A stretch of 64,000 nucleotides of DNA from Candidatus Latescibacterota bacterium (GTDB taxonomy: Bacteria > Latescibacterota > UBA2968 > UBA8231). The notes below the pieces were generated by a model. The model was not told the DNA's origin and made no database searches. It saw only the letters and a list, made by a program, of their open reading frames with translations. Every line of letters begins with the position of its first letter. The first letter of the stretch is position 1. Position numbers and translations under genes: made by a program. The DNA is taken from assembly GCA_965248355.1 (NCBI GenBank), contig OZ252098.1:5408001-5472000 (forward strand), in the 5' to 3' direction. Shown here one piece after another: positions 25,796 through 35,840 of this stretch.

Positions 25796-28700
25796 TCAGC
25801 CCTTCAAGTCAAACAAATCGCCTTTGGTTGCTTGCGCCGTGGGCGGTTTGCGCATCTCCTCCGGCACCGGTGGCAATTCCTCGGCTTGGATGCAATCGCT
25901 CGCGACGACGGCTTCGAGTAACCTCTCCTGTTCGGGATAGCAGTTCACCGTTTCTTCCAGGACCCAAAGTAACTCGAGTAGTTCCGTCGTGAACTGACTG
26001 GTCCAGCCCTCGGGGCGGATGTCGTCGAGGGGGGAGGACTTCCTGCCCGCCCCCTTTTTCATGCGGTACTTGAGCCAGGACCGCACGACCTTGAGACCAG
26101 AGACCTCGAACTCGTACACGGCGGGTTCGACAGGCGAAAACTCCCCACCGCTGATACGGAGAGTCCTGGCCCCGTCGTCATAGACGAATTCCTCTGCAGG
26201 GCGGGGGATGGCCTCGACGCATCTTGCGGCACCGGGCGGTATACGCCCGGGGGTCTGGCCCGGAGGCACGAAGCGCTTGGCGTAGGTGTGGAGCCACAGC
26301 AGCCGCGCGCCTGCCCTGCGGATCTCCTCGAAGAGCTGCCCGTCCTTTGTGATCGGAACGCACAGTTCTCTTGTTTCCAGCTCCCTGTCGAACCGTTTGG
26401 TGAAGGCCGGCTGTGCCAACACTCCGTAGAGATAGGCGACGAAGTCTTCGGGTGTGATCTTGCGACCATGTGACGTGCTGAGCACTTCGAGCAGCAAAGG
26501 AGCAATGTTCGCCTCCGAGGCATCCTGGGCGCGGTAGAGAGGGATAACCTCCTTGGCGCCATAGGAGCCTCGAAAATGATGGAGATCGGGAAGGTGAGCG
26601 CAGGAAGTCAGTGCAGGCCCAGATCCCAGAGGTCGAGAGAACAAACTCGTCAAGTACAACTGCCGGTCGCCGTGGACGCGCCATAGATCAGGACGTGGGC
26701 GGGACATCAAGCGACCGTCCGCGACAAGGTAATGCCGGTCGAAAGAGCGATACGCGTACCGCTGGACTTCAGGGAGAGGGGTGTTATTCGGTAGTTTGGA
26801 TATCGGCGTCGAATCGGCCCGGTCTGTCAGAGTGACGAGATAAGACCCATCAATCTTGCGGTCGCCAGTCTCCCGGAATGCATCGGCGCGATCCGCTGCA
26901 TCCAGCAGACTGCGCCAACGCCGTTCCAGCGTGACTGAGTCCGGCGCAATCGGCCATGTCCGCTTGAGCTGCACTCCCGAGTGCTGCCAGGGCATGAGAT
27001 CAGTGAGCAAAGGCCAACTGAAGTAGGCTCCTTGCCCGACTGGACGGAATGGAGCCATCCAGTCATCTGAGCAATCCTGCCACTCCAAGCTGGAAAAGTC
27101 CCGAATGGCGTCGAGGATCGCGAGTTTCTCGCCGCGGGTGCCCTCCACGCGGGTGTAGTGCACGCACGCAGGCCGGTCCTGTCGCACCTCCTGAGAGCGG
27201 AAGGCTACGGCAATGGTGACAGGGGTCTTAATGGCAAAGACGTTGTCATCCTGGCGTGTGCCGCGTCCCTCGCCGCCAAGGTCGAGAATCCAGATCTCGT
27301 CGCACTGCCGGCGCATATGCTCGCGCATCCCGGAGAAAGCGTCGCCGTCGAGGTAGCTGGAGGCGCTGATGAAGCTGACCACACCGGGGCCGTTGGAGGT
27401 CTCGTGTTCGAACACCTTCCACAGCGCCCAGCGCCAGAAATAGACGTAGAGGTTGTAGAGGTTCTTGAGGTGGATCCCATGGCCAGCGGCAACCGCGGGG
27501 TCGAGAAACTCACGGAGAATCGCAGGATCCCCGTCGTCTCCCCAGCGGACCCAGCCGCCGGTGCGGCCCTTGTTTGCGTAGTCGGCCTCGTGCCGGTCGT
27601 AAGGGGGATTGCCCAGGCAGACGATGACGGGGACCGCGCTCTTGACTTCCAGGGCCTTCTTGTGTTGCTCGGCGATGGGCCGCAGGATCAAGGGCATCTG
27701 CGGAGGCTTGGAGTGTGGGCTCTCCAGGGTGTCCGTCAGGTAGATGCGCGTGCCATCGGCGGGCAGCGTTGCCCCGGCGTCCTGCAGGGCAAGGCTGACA
27801 CGCAACTCGCTCACCGCATAGGCGCCTACGAGCAGCTCGAAGCCGTACAGGTTCTCGGCCAGCGCGGCGGCATGGCCGGGGACCGCACCCGGCCCCTGCT
27901 CATCCTTGACGCGGCCGAGGGCGTGTTCTATGACGCCGAGAAGATAGGTCCCGGTTCCCACGGCGGGATCGAGCGTGACCACACCGGGGTCGGCGAAGCC
28001 GAGCGGTTTGCCGAGACGGTGGACGAGCAGGTCGTCGATCAGACGCACCTGGGCGCGGACCACCTCGACAGGCGTGTAATAGACCCCCGTGTCCTTGCGT
28101 AGCTTGGCATCGTAGACGGTGAGGAAATCTTCGTAGAAGTAGAGCCAGGGATCCTCCGGACCGGAGAGCGTGGCTGGCGTCACGGCATCGATCACCCGCA
28201 GCAGCAGGTCCACGGAGGCGGCGATTTCCGCTCGCGCCACCGGATCGGTCAGAACCTGCAACGCCCGCGACAGCAGGTTGTGCTGTGCGGCCAGCGCCTC
28301 TCTCGCGTTCTCGAGGGTGAGCGGGTCGGCCCCTTCGCTGCAGCCCAGCAGCAAGGCGAAGGTGACAGTCTGGGCATAGGCGTCGGCGAACTGCTCGTCA
28401 GAGGCATCCGGGAAGAGCAGTTGCCGCCAGTCCCTCGCGAGCTCGACAAGGGGAGAATCCTGGTCTTTGAGGGCATCTGTCACGTCATCCCGCAACATGC
28501 GACATAGCGGTGCCAGCCGCTTGGCGAACCCTCTGAGGTCGATCTTGCCATCGCCGCCCATGGGGATGAAAGGCTCCCACAGAAGGAAATTGCGCAATAG
28601 GCGTTCGATGGAGCGGGCGTTCTGGGCCGTAACGGCCTTCCTACCGTCGACGCCAACCTCGCCAGAGATACGGACGACCTTGTCGACCAGTTCGCCGTCG

Positions 28701-29095
28701 CGATAGAGCGCCCACTCGTTGCCGTCGGAGTAGAGAATGTTCGGAATAGCGGAGAAGCGGTTGAATTGATGGCGGTTGTGGCCCTTGAAGCGGGTGGCCG
28801 TGGCGCCGACCCCGGGGGCCTTCAGCTCGACATATCCGGCGAGCAGTCGGTTGCGGTGAACAGCATAGTCCGGACGGCCGAGACGGTCGGGCAGGGGTGT
28901 CTCGCCGGTGCAGACTACTCTCCAACCGAGAGCCTGACCTGCCGTCGCCATGAAAGTCCCGAACGGGCCGCGTACCTGCTCTTCGGGTTCGCCAGGGGTG
29001 ACTTGCGTCATCTTGGCAGTCACCGCGGCGGCGAATTCCTGCAGGGCTACATGGATTGGGATTCTCTCAGTCGGTTCTCTATGCAAGTCGGTCAC
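25796..29095 (-). CDS. Single-polypeptide restriction-modification enzyme: PD-(D/E)xK nuclease, N6-adenine MTase and Type ISP-like C-terminal TRD; no helicase
   Basis: 'RPDYAV...GYVELKAP', 'YFYEDFL..YD', 'GVYYTP', motif I 'LDPAVGTGTYL', motif IV 'GNPPY', 'YAYRSFDR', 'VVRSWLKYR'. Confidence 0.88.
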   Translation of the reverse strand: MTDLHREPTERIPIHVALQEFAAAVTAKMTQVTPGEPEEQVRGPFGTFMATAGQALGWRVVCTGETPLPDRLGRPDYAVHRNRLLAGYVELKAPGVGATATRFKGHNRHQFNRFSAIPNILYSDGNEWALYRDGELVDKVVRISGEVGVDGRKAVTAQNARSIERLLRNFLLWEPFIPMGGDGKIDLRGFAKRLAPLCRMLRDDVTDALKDQDSPLVELARDWRQLLFPDASDEQFADAYAQTVTFALLLGCSEGADPLTLENAREALAAQHNLLSRALQVLTDPVARAEIAASVDLLLRVIDAVTPATLSGPEDPWLYFYEDFLTVYDAKLRKDTGVYYTPVEVVRAQVRLIDDLLVHRLGKPLGFADPGVVTLDPAVGTGTYLLGVIEHALGRVKDEQGPGAVPGHAAALAENLYGFELLVGAYAVSELRVSLALQDAGATLPADGTRIYLTDTLESPHSKPPQMPLILRPIAEQHKKALEVKSAVPVIVCLGNPPYDRHEADYANKGRTGGWVRWGDDGDPAILREFLDPAVAAGHGIHLKNLYNLYVYFWRWALWKVFEHETSNGPGVVSFISASSYLDGDAFSGMREHMRRQCDEIWILDLGGEGRGTRQDDNVFAIKTPVTIAVAFRSQEVRQDRPACVHYTRVEGTRGEKLAILDAIRDFSSLEWQDCSDDWMAPFRPVGQGAYFSWPLLTDLMPWQHSGVQLKRTWPIAPDSVTLERRWRSLLDAADRADAFRETGDRKIDGSYLVTLTDRADSTPISKLPNNTPLPEVQRYAYRSFDRHYLVADGRLMSRPRPDLWRVHGDRQLYLTSLFSRPLGSGPALTSCAHLPDLHHFRGSYGAKEVIPLYRAQDASEANIAPLLLEVLSTSHGRKITPEDFVAYLYGVLAQPAFTKRFDRELETRELCVPITKDGQLFEEIRRAGARLLWLHTYAKRFVPPGQTPGRIPPGAARCVEAIPRPAEEFVYDDGARTLRISGGEFSPVEPAVYEFEVSGLKVVRSWLKYRMKKGAGRKSSPLDDIRPEGWTSQFTTELLELLWVLEETVNCYPEQERLLEAVVASDCIQAEELPPVPEEMRKPPTAQATKGDLFDLKG

Positions 29096-29137
29096 TACGC
29101 AGGCTATGGAGGGCGGCGGACTTGGCCGCCGGGCGGC

Positions 29138-30043
29138 TCAGTCCGCCTGGAACTCGTCGATCAGCCGGCGAACGACCTCATCGGGCCCGCGCCCGGGGTG
29201 CACGATCAGCCGGAAGCGCATGACCACCTCGCTGCCGCCGGGGATCGTCCAGCTGCCGTCGGCGCTCTCGTCCTTCAGGAAGTCGTGCAGGCCGAAGGGG
29301 TTGGCCGTGAACAGGCCGTACCCGCGCACGTGCCAGTGGGCGGGGTGCCAGGGGTTGGAGCGGTGGTCGACGACGGTGTGGCCCCACTGCGAGCCGTCGG
29401 CCAGCGGTCCCGAGTAGTCGACCCAGGCGGCGCGTTTTCCCCAGGTCGTCTCCTCGCCCTGGCCGCTGTCGAAGACGTCTCCCTCGGAGTTCTCGATGCG
29501 GCCCCGGTCCTTGGCGTCCATCGAGGTGGGCACGCGGATGGAGAACAGGCCGCCCTCCTTGGTGTCGCCGAAGGTGACGTCGCCGTAGCGGGCGCGCAGC
29601 ACGCTGCGCTGGTCGAGGACGCGCAGGGGTCCTTCGACGGCGATCCGGAAGGAGCGCTCCTCCTCCAGAAGGCGCTGGCCCCCCGGCCCGAACCAGTCGA
29701 CGACGCCGTCGATGGCGGCCGCGCCCCCGGCGGCGCCCACCTGCGGCTCCCCCCGCTGCAGCATGGAGCCGTGCCCCGGGCCGCGCACGCCTTCGTCCCA
29801 GAGGTTGAAGCCGTTCACCAGCCCGTGGGCGGTGTAGATGCTGCGGTGGTGGTAGTGGTCCTGGTTCTCCCCCTCCACGTCGGCGAAGGGGTAGGCCCGC
29901 GTCAGGGCCTGTCCCGAGGGGGTGAGCACGGGGTGGAAGCACGGCCGGCAGATGAAGTGGCCGTACACGTACTCGACGAAGAGCCCCCCGTCCACGTGGA
30001 CCGCTACGCGGCCCTCATCCGCCTTCAAGTCGACGTCGATCAT
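29138..30043 (-). CDS. DUF6807/'PmoA-family' (PF14100-like) protein
   Basis: 'RPCFHPV', 'LTRAYP', 'DHYHHRSIY', 'FGDTKEGG', 'WVDYSG', 'DHRSN', 'WHVRGYGLFTANPFG'. Confidence 0.8.
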   Translation of the reverse strand: MIDVDLKADEGRVAVHVDGGLFVEYVYGHFICRPCFHPVLTPSGQALTRAYPFADVEGENQDHYHHRSIYTAHGLVNGFNLWDEGVRGPGHGSMLQRGEPQVGAAGGAAAIDGVVDWFGPGGQRLLEEERSFRIAVEGPLRVLDQRSVLRARYGDVTFGDTKEGGLFSIRVPTSMDAKDRGRIENSEGDVFDSGQGEETTWGKRAAWVDYSGPLADGSQWGHTVVDHRSNPWHPAHWHVRGYGLFTANPFGLHDFLKDESADGSWTIPGGSEVVMRFRLIVHPGRGPDEVVRRLIDEFQAD

Positions 30044-30061
30044 CCTCTCCTGTCCTGGTCA

Positions 30062-31396
30062 TCAGGCCGCCGCGTTGGCGCAGCAGCGCTTGTACTTGCG
30101 TCCGCTCCCGCATGGACACGGATCGTTCCGTCCCGGCGGGCCGGGCGCCGCCCGAGCCGCGTCCCTCCGCCGCACCCACTCCATCACGCCGGCGGCCGGC
30201 TGCCCGCTGCGCACCAGGTCCGCCATGACCCGCATGTACGGATCGACGTGGCCGAAGTAGATCTTGTAGCCGCGGCAGAGGTAGTTGAGCCCCTCCTCGC
30301 CGTGGGGGGTGCGCTCGAAGCGCTGCTTGGGGCAGCCGCCGTTGCAGGCGAAGCGGTAGTCGCACTCCAGGCAGTAGCGCGGCAGGCGGTCGGCCTTGTC
30401 CTGTCCGAAGCGGCGCTGCTCCGGGCTCGCCACCATGTCGCGGATCGTCTGCTCGCGCACGTTGCCGAGGTTGTACTCGGGATAGACGAAGTGGTCGCAG
30501 GAGTAGAGGTCGCCGTTGTGCTCGATGACCAGGGCGTTGCCGCAGGTCTCGGCGAAGATGCACAGGGAGGCGTCCTGGCCCAGCCAGCTGCCCAGGGAGA
30601 CGTCGAAGATCTGCACGAAGAGGCGGCCCACGTCGCGCCGCACCCACTCGTCGAAGACGGCGCACAGGAAGCGGCCGTACTGGGCCGGCCCCACCGACCA
30701 CCGGGTGACCGCCGCCTGGCCTTCGAATTCGGGGGCCACCAGCTCCAGCCCGGTCTCGTCCGGATCGCCGGTCAGGCGCTCGACGATGGGGATGAACTGC
30801 ATGAACCCGGAGCCGATCTCCTTGAGGAAGCGGTAGACCTCGAGGGGGTGGTCGCCGTTGTGGTTCTGCAGGACCGTGAGGGTGTTGAACTCAGCGCCGT
30901 GCTGCTTGAGCACCTCCAGGCCGGCCATGACGCGGTCGAAGGTCGGCTTCTGGCCCTTGTCGACGCGGTAGCGGTCGTGGAACTCCCGGGGCCCGTCGAT
31001 GGACAGGCCCACGAGGAAGTTCTCCCGGGCCAGGAACTCTCCCCACTCGTCGTCGAGGAGGATGCCGTTGGTCTGGAAGGCGTTGGTCACCTCCTTGCCC
31101 CCGGCGTAGCGCTTCTGCAGCTCCACGGCGCGGCGGAAGAAGTCCACCCCCAACAGCGTCGGCTCCCCGCCCTGCCAGGCGAAGTTCACGGCGGGCACGT
31201 CCTGGGCCTCGATGTACTGCTTCACGTACAGCTCCATCACCTCGTCGCTCATGCGCCAGTTGCGCCCGGCGTCGGGGTAGAGCTTCTCTTTTTCCAGGTA
31301 GAAGCAGTAGGAGCAGTCGATGTTGCAGACCGAGCCCGAGGGCTTGGCCATGACGTGGCAGGCCGACGGAGCGGTGAGCGGCTGGGATTGGGTCAT
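30062..31396 (-). CDS. Anaerobic sulfatase-maturating radical SAM/SPASM enzyme with C-terminal SEC-C motif
   Basis: 'KPSGSVCNIDCSYC', 'WQGGEPTL', 'QTNG', SPASM cysteines 'YSCDH..CLEC..CNGGCPK..YLC', 'GRNDPCPCGSGRKYKRCC'. Confidence 0.95.
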   Translation of the reverse strand: MTQSQPLTAPSACHVMAKPSGSVCNIDCSYCFYLEKEKLYPDAGRNWRMSDEVMELYVKQYIEAQDVPAVNFAWQGGEPTLLGVDFFRRAVELQKRYAGGKEVTNAFQTNGILLDDEWGEFLARENFLVGLSIDGPREFHDRYRVDKGQKPTFDRVMAGLEVLKQHGAEFNTLTVLQNHNGDHPLEVYRFLKEIGSGFMQFIPIVERLTGDPDETGLELVAPEFEGQAAVTRWSVGPAQYGRFLCAVFDEWVRRDVGRLFVQIFDVSLGSWLGQDASLCIFAETCGNALVIEHNGDLYSCDHFVYPEYNLGNVREQTIRDMVASPEQRRFGQDKADRLPRYCLECDYRFACNGGCPKQRFERTPHGEEGLNYLCRGYKIYFGHVDPYMRVMADLVRSGQPAAGVMEWVRRRDAARAAPGPPGRNDPCPCGSGRKYKRCCANAAA

Positions 31397-31503
31397 GGGA
31401 GGGCGGTCGAGGGGGCGTGAGAGGGCGCTAGGATAGGCCTTCCCCGAAAGAGGATCAAACGCCCGGCCCGGGAGAACCGGGGCGGCTCGCAGGGAGCAAA
31501 CCC

Positions 31504-33798
31504 ATGAGATTCGCACCCGCCCTGTACCTGCTGTGGCTCGCCTCGTCCCTGGCGGCCGAGCCCCTCGTCGTGGTCGAGGAGGGCCGGAGCCGGGCCCGCG
31601 TCGGCCTGCACCCCGAGGCGGGGGAGTGGGAGCGGCGCGCCGCCGCCGACCTGGTGCGCTACATCGAGGAGATGAGCGGCGCCCGCCTGCCTCTCCTCGA
31701 CCGGACCGCCGACCTCGAGCAGGCCCTGGCCGAACCGTCCCCCCTCCTCCTGGTGGGCCGGGCCGCCCTCGAGGCCGATCCGTCCCTGGGCCCCAGGCTG
31801 CGGGCCCTCCGGAACCCCGACCCCGTCCTGCGCGGCGACGCCATCGTCGCGCAGCGCCGGGGGCAGCGCCTCTACCTGGCCGGCACCAACGACGAGTCCC
31901 ACTACTACGCCGCCGTGGAGCTGCTGCGGCGCTGGGGCTGCCGCTGGTACCTGCCCACCGACTTCGGCGCCACCATCCCCCGGCAGGCGACGCTGACCGT
32001 GGACAGCCTCGACGTGGCCCATGCCCCGCCCTTCGAGGTGCGCCGCTACTGGCTCTCCTGGAACGGCGACAGCAGCGGCCGGGAAGAGTTCATGCGGCGC
32101 AACCGCCTCAACGACCTGTCGGTGCCGGCCGGCCACGCCCTCGGCCATTACGTGGAGGACCTGGTGGGCGCGGACTCCTCGGCCATGTCGATCTGCCTCT
32201 CCGACCCGGCCACCGCCCGCCACGTGGCCGCCCAGGTGATGGAGCGCTTCGCCGAAGGCGCCCCGGCCGTTTCCCTGGGCATGGACGACGGGCTCTACGA
32301 CCTCGCCTGCGCCTCCGACGCGGAGCTGGCCGCCGGCCTGTGGGACAAGAACTTCATGTCCCCGGCCCTCACCGATCCCTTCATGGCCCTCTACAACGGC
32401 GTGGCCGAGCTGACCCAGGCCCGTTTCCCCGGCCGCCGCATCGGCTTCCTGGCCTACTCCAACATCACCCTGCCGCCCCAGCGCCGCATCGTCGCCGCCG
32501 AGCCCCTGGTGGCCTACCTGGCGCCCATCGACGTCTGCCCCATCCACGGCATGGACGATCCCCGCTGCCCGCCCAGCCACGAGTACCGCGACGTCATGTA
32601 CCGCTGGGCCGAGACGATGCAGGGCCGCCTCATCATCTACGACTACGACCAGGGCATGCTGGTCTGGCGCGACATCCCCAGCCCCTCCATCCAGGCCGTC
32701 CGCCAGGACGTCCGGCACTACCGCGACGCCGGAATCCTCGGGGTCGACACCGAGAGCCGGGGGGCCATGGCCACGACCTTCCTCAACCTCTATCTGCGGG
32801 CCCTCCTCTACTGGGATCCCGACGCCGACGTGGAGGCCGAGCTGCAGGCGTTCCACGCCCGCTTCTGGGGACCGGCGGCGGCCCCCATGCGCGCCTACTG
32901 GCGGGCCATCCACCGGGCCTGGGAGCGCACCCCCTCCCACGAGCACGAGTTCATGCTCGTGCCCACGGTGTACACGCCGGAGCTGGTGCGCGGCCTGGCC
33001 GGTCACGTGGAGTCGGCGAGGGCCCTGGTGGCCGGCCGGCCTCCGGGGGATCTATTCGCGCGCAGGGTGCGCTTCGTCGAGGCCGGGTACGGCGTCCTGC
33101 AGGCCTACGTGGAGATGGTGGACTTGGGCGCCACCGGGGCCGACTACGGGGCCGCGGTGCGCGCCGGCGAGCGCGGCCTGGCCTGGCGCGACTCCCTGAC
33201 CCGCATGAGCCCCACCTTCACCACCACCCGCCTGGAGCGGGGGGACGCCTGGTGGCCGGGCGAGGTGCAGCAGTACCGGGACCTGCTCGCCCTCACCGAC
33301 GGCCCCGCCGGGCGCCTGGTGGAGAGGCTGCCCCTGACCTGGAGCTTCCGCACCGACCCCCACGACGCCGGCCTGCACCAGGGCTGGGGCCGGCCGGAGC
33401 TGGACCTGGCGGCCTGGCGGCCCCTGCGCACGGATCTCTACATGGAAGTCCAGGGGGTCGCGGCTGACGGCGGGGGGGAGTACAACGGCTTCGTCTGGTA
33501 CCGCACCGAGGTCGAGGTGAGCGCCGCCGACGCGGAGCGGGCCCTCCACGTCCACTTCCCCGGCCTCTTCGGCAAGGCCTGGCTCTACGTCGACGGGTAC
33601 CTGGCCGGCCACCGGGACTGGCGCCCCATGTACTGGCACAACGACTACCGCTTCGACTGGGACGTGGACCTCACCGGGCTGCTCGCCCCCGGCACCCGCA
33701 CGCTGGCCCTGCGCCTGCACAACGAGCACCACATGGGCGGCCTCTGGCGGCGCCCCTTCCTCTACGCCGCCGAGCCGGGGGCTCCGCCGGCCCGGTAG
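31504..33798 (+). CDS. Secreted DUF4838-type glycoside-hydrolase-like protein with C-terminal galactose-binding-like domain
   Basis: Signal peptide; 'AAADLVRYIEEMSGARLP', 'YAAVELLRRWGCRWY', 'GFLAYS', 'LLYWDP', and C-terminal 'WSFRTDP..GW..YNGFVWYR..GGLWR'. Confidence 0.7.
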   Translation: MRFAPALYLLWLASSLAAEPLVVVEEGRSRARVGLHPEAGEWERRAAADLVRYIEEMSGARLPLLDRTADLEQALAEPSPLLLVGRAALEADPSLGPRLRALRNPDPVLRGDAIVAQRRGQRLYLAGTNDESHYYAAVELLRRWGCRWYLPTDFGATIPRQATLTVDSLDVAHAPPFEVRRYWLSWNGDSSGREEFMRRNRLNDLSVPAGHALGHYVEDLVGADSSAMSICLSDPATARHVAAQVMERFAEGAPAVSLGMDDGLYDLACASDAELAAGLWDKNFMSPALTDPFMALYNGVAELTQARFPGRRIGFLAYSNITLPPQRRIVAAEPLVAYLAPIDVCPIHGMDDPRCPPSHEYRDVMYRWAETMQGRLIIYDYDQGMLVWRDIPSPSIQAVRQDVRHYRDAGILGVDTESRGAMATTFLNLYLRALLYWDPDADVEAELQAFHARFWGPAAAPMRAYWRAIHRAWERTPSHEHEFMLVPTVYTPELVRGLAGHVESARALVAGRPPGDLFARRVRFVEAGYGVLQAYVEMVDLGATGADYGAAVRAGERGLAWRDSLTRMSPTFTTTRLERGDAWWPGEVQQYRDLLALTDGPAGRLVERLPLTWSFRTDPHDAGLHQGWGRPELDLAAWRPLRTDLYMEVQGVAADGGGEYNGFVWYRTEVEVSAADAERALHVHFPGLFGKAWLYVDGYLAGHRDWRPMYWHNDYRFDWDVDLTGLLAPGTRTLALRLHNEHHMGGLWRRPFLYAAEPGAPPAR

Positions 33799-33817
33799 CC
33801 ACGCGGGACCGCCCGGC

Positions 33818-35761
33818 TCAGCCGGCGCCGGAGTCCCCGGCCAGCCGCTCCCAGCGGGCCGTGAGATCGGCGACGCGGCGCTCCAGGCGGGAGCGCTCGT
33901 CCTGCAGCTGGCGCACCTGCTCCGGCGGGGTCCGGTCGTAGAAGCCGGGCTCGCAGAGGGAGGCGTCGATCTCGCCCAGGCGGGACTCGGCCGACTCCAC
34001 GCGGCCAAGCAGCCCGGCCAGCTTCTCCTCCCGCTGCTCGGCCCGGCGCCCGTCCCGCCCTTCGCCTCCCGCCGCGGGGGACCGCCGCCGGCCGTTGCCG
34101 CCGGCGCCGGGTTCGGCCTTCCGCCGCCGCTGACTGCGCGCCTTCAGGACCACCTGGTCGGCGTCGAGGTGGTCGTCGCCGCAGTAGCGCACGTACTCCT
34201 CGTAGGGGCCCTGGAAGTCGCGGATGTCGCCGGCGCGGATCTCGACGATGCGGGTCGCCAGGCGGCTGACGAGCCAGCGGTCGTGGGAGACGAGGACGAT
34301 GGTGCCGCCGAAGGTCTGCAGACCCTCGACGAGGGCGTGGATCGACTCCAGATCGAGGTGGTTCGTGGGCTCGTCGAGGACCAGCACGTTGGGCTGATCC
34401 ATGGCCAGCCGGCAGAACACGAGGCGCGTCGCCTCGCCGCCCGACAGGTCCCGCAGGCGCTTCTTCACGTCGTCGCCGGAGAACAGCACGAGACCCAGGT
34501 GGCCGCGCACGAAGCCGATGGACTGGTCGGGACAGCTCTCCCACGCCCAGGTCTCGGCGGTGCCGTTCGGCTGGAAGCGCTCGCGGTGGTCCTGGGCGAA
34601 GTAGCCGGGGCGGGTCTCGTGGCCCCACTCCACGCTGCCGGTGTCGGCCTCCAGCTCGCCCATGACGATCTTGAGCAGCGTCGACTTGCCGATGCCGTTG
34701 GCGCCCATGATCGCCAGCCGGTCGCCGCGCTGCACGGACAGGTCGACGCCGTGGAGGACCTCGTTGTCGCCGAAGGCCTTCTTCACCCCCTTCAAGGTGA
34801 GCACCTGGCGGCCGCTGTCGCGGCGCCGGGCGAGCTTGAAGGTGGGGTAGCGCCGCGAGCTGGGGGGCAGCTCCTCCATGCCCTCGGCCATCTTCTCGAT
34901 CATGCGCTGCTTGCTCACCGCCTGGCGCGCCTTCGTCGCCTTGGCGCGGAAGCGGTCGACGAACTGCTGGTGATGGGCGATCTCCCGCTCCCGGTTGGCG
35001 ATCTCCTTCTCCCGCCGCTCGCGCTCGCCGCCCTTGGCCTTCAGGAAGGCGGTGTAGTCCCCGCTGTAGAGCTGCACCGTCTCGTAGTCCACGTCGAGGA
35101 TGCGGGTCGCCACGTTGTCCAGGAACCGGTGGTCGTGGGAGATGACCACCAGCGTCCCGGGGAAGTCGCGCAGCCAGGTCTCCAGCCAGCGGATGGCCAG
35201 GATGTCCAGGTGGTTGGTGGGCTCGTCCAACAGCAGGGCGTCGGGCTCGCCGGCCAGCACCTGGGCCAGGAGCACACGGAGCTTGAAGCCGCCCGACAGC
35301 GTCGACAGGGGATCGTGGTGCACCCGCGCCGGCAGGCCCAGACCCTCGAGGATGGCCGCCGCCCGGGCCTCCGCCGTGTACCCGTCGAGGCGCTCGATCT
35401 GGGTCTCGAGGTGGGCGAAGCGGTCGGCGTCGAAGGACTCGCCGGCCCGCGCCAGCAGGGCCTCCTTCTCCGTCAGGACCCGCCACAGCTCGCGGTGACC
35501 CATGAGGGTCACGTGGAGAATGGAGTGCTCCTCGTAGAGGAACTGGTCCTGGCTCAGCACGCCCACGCGGGTCCGTTTCGGCAGGCTCACCTCGCCGGCG
35601 CTGGCCTCCAGTTCTCCGGCGAGGATGTTCAGCAGCGTCGTCTTGCCGGAGCCGTTGGCGCCCACCAGGCCGTAGCGCTCCCCGGCGTTGAGCATGAGGG
35701 AGACGCCGGCGAAGAGGGTGTGGTCGCCGTAGACCTTGGCCAGGTTGGAGACGGAGATCAT
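33818..35761 (-). CDS. ABC-F family ATP-binding protein
   Basis: Two Walker A motifs ('GANGSGKTT', 'GANGIGKST'), two 'LSGG', two 'LDEPTNHLD', no TM domain, C-terminal coiled coil. Confidence 0.95.
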   Translation of the reverse strand: MISVSNLAKVYGDHTLFAGVSLMLNAGERYGLVGANGSGKTTLLNILAGELEASAGEVSLPKRTRVGVLSQDQFLYEEHSILHVTLMGHRELWRVLTEKEALLARAGESFDADRFAHLETQIERLDGYTAEARAAAILEGLGLPARVHHDPLSTLSGGFKLRVLLAQVLAGEPDALLLDEPTNHLDILAIRWLETWLRDFPGTLVVISHDHRFLDNVATRILDVDYETVQLYSGDYTAFLKAKGGERERREKEIANREREIAHHQQFVDRFRAKATKARQAVSKQRMIEKMAEGMEELPPSSRRYPTFKLARRRDSGRQVLTLKGVKKAFGDNEVLHGVDLSVQRGDRLAIMGANGIGKSTLLKIVMGELEADTGSVEWGHETRPGYFAQDHRERFQPNGTAETWAWESCPDQSIGFVRGHLGLVLFSGDDVKKRLRDLSGGEATRLVFCRLAMDQPNVLVLDEPTNHLDLESIHALVEGLQTFGGTIVLVSHDRWLVSRLATRIVEIRAGDIRDFQGPYEEYVRYCGDDHLDADQVVLKARSQRRRKAEPGAGGNGRRRSPAAGGEGRDGRRAEQREEKLAGLLGRVESAESRLGEIDASLCEPGFYDRTPPEQVRQLQDERSRLERRVADLTARWERLAGDSGAG

Positions 35762-35840
35762 GAAGGGGAAACTAAGGGATGGGCCGAACAGTGGAACCCC
35801 CGCGCCCGGCCTGCGGCGGCCGGGAGCGGCCCCTGGAACC

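Larger units (their letters stand above)
24948..29160. mobile_element. Defence islet flanked by a 36-bp direct repeat (att-like); no integrase
   Basis: 24948-24983 gccgccgggcggctcaggccgcctggaactcgtcga versus 29125-29160 gccgccgggcggctcagtccgcctggaactcgtcga (one mismatch). The interior is visibly more AT-rich than the flanks. Confidence 0.8.

Noticed and set aside
29138..30043. 'PmoA family' label as evidence of methanotrophy
   Set aside because: The protein is soluble-looking DUF6807-type, not the membrane pMMO subunit; no pmoB or pmoC.
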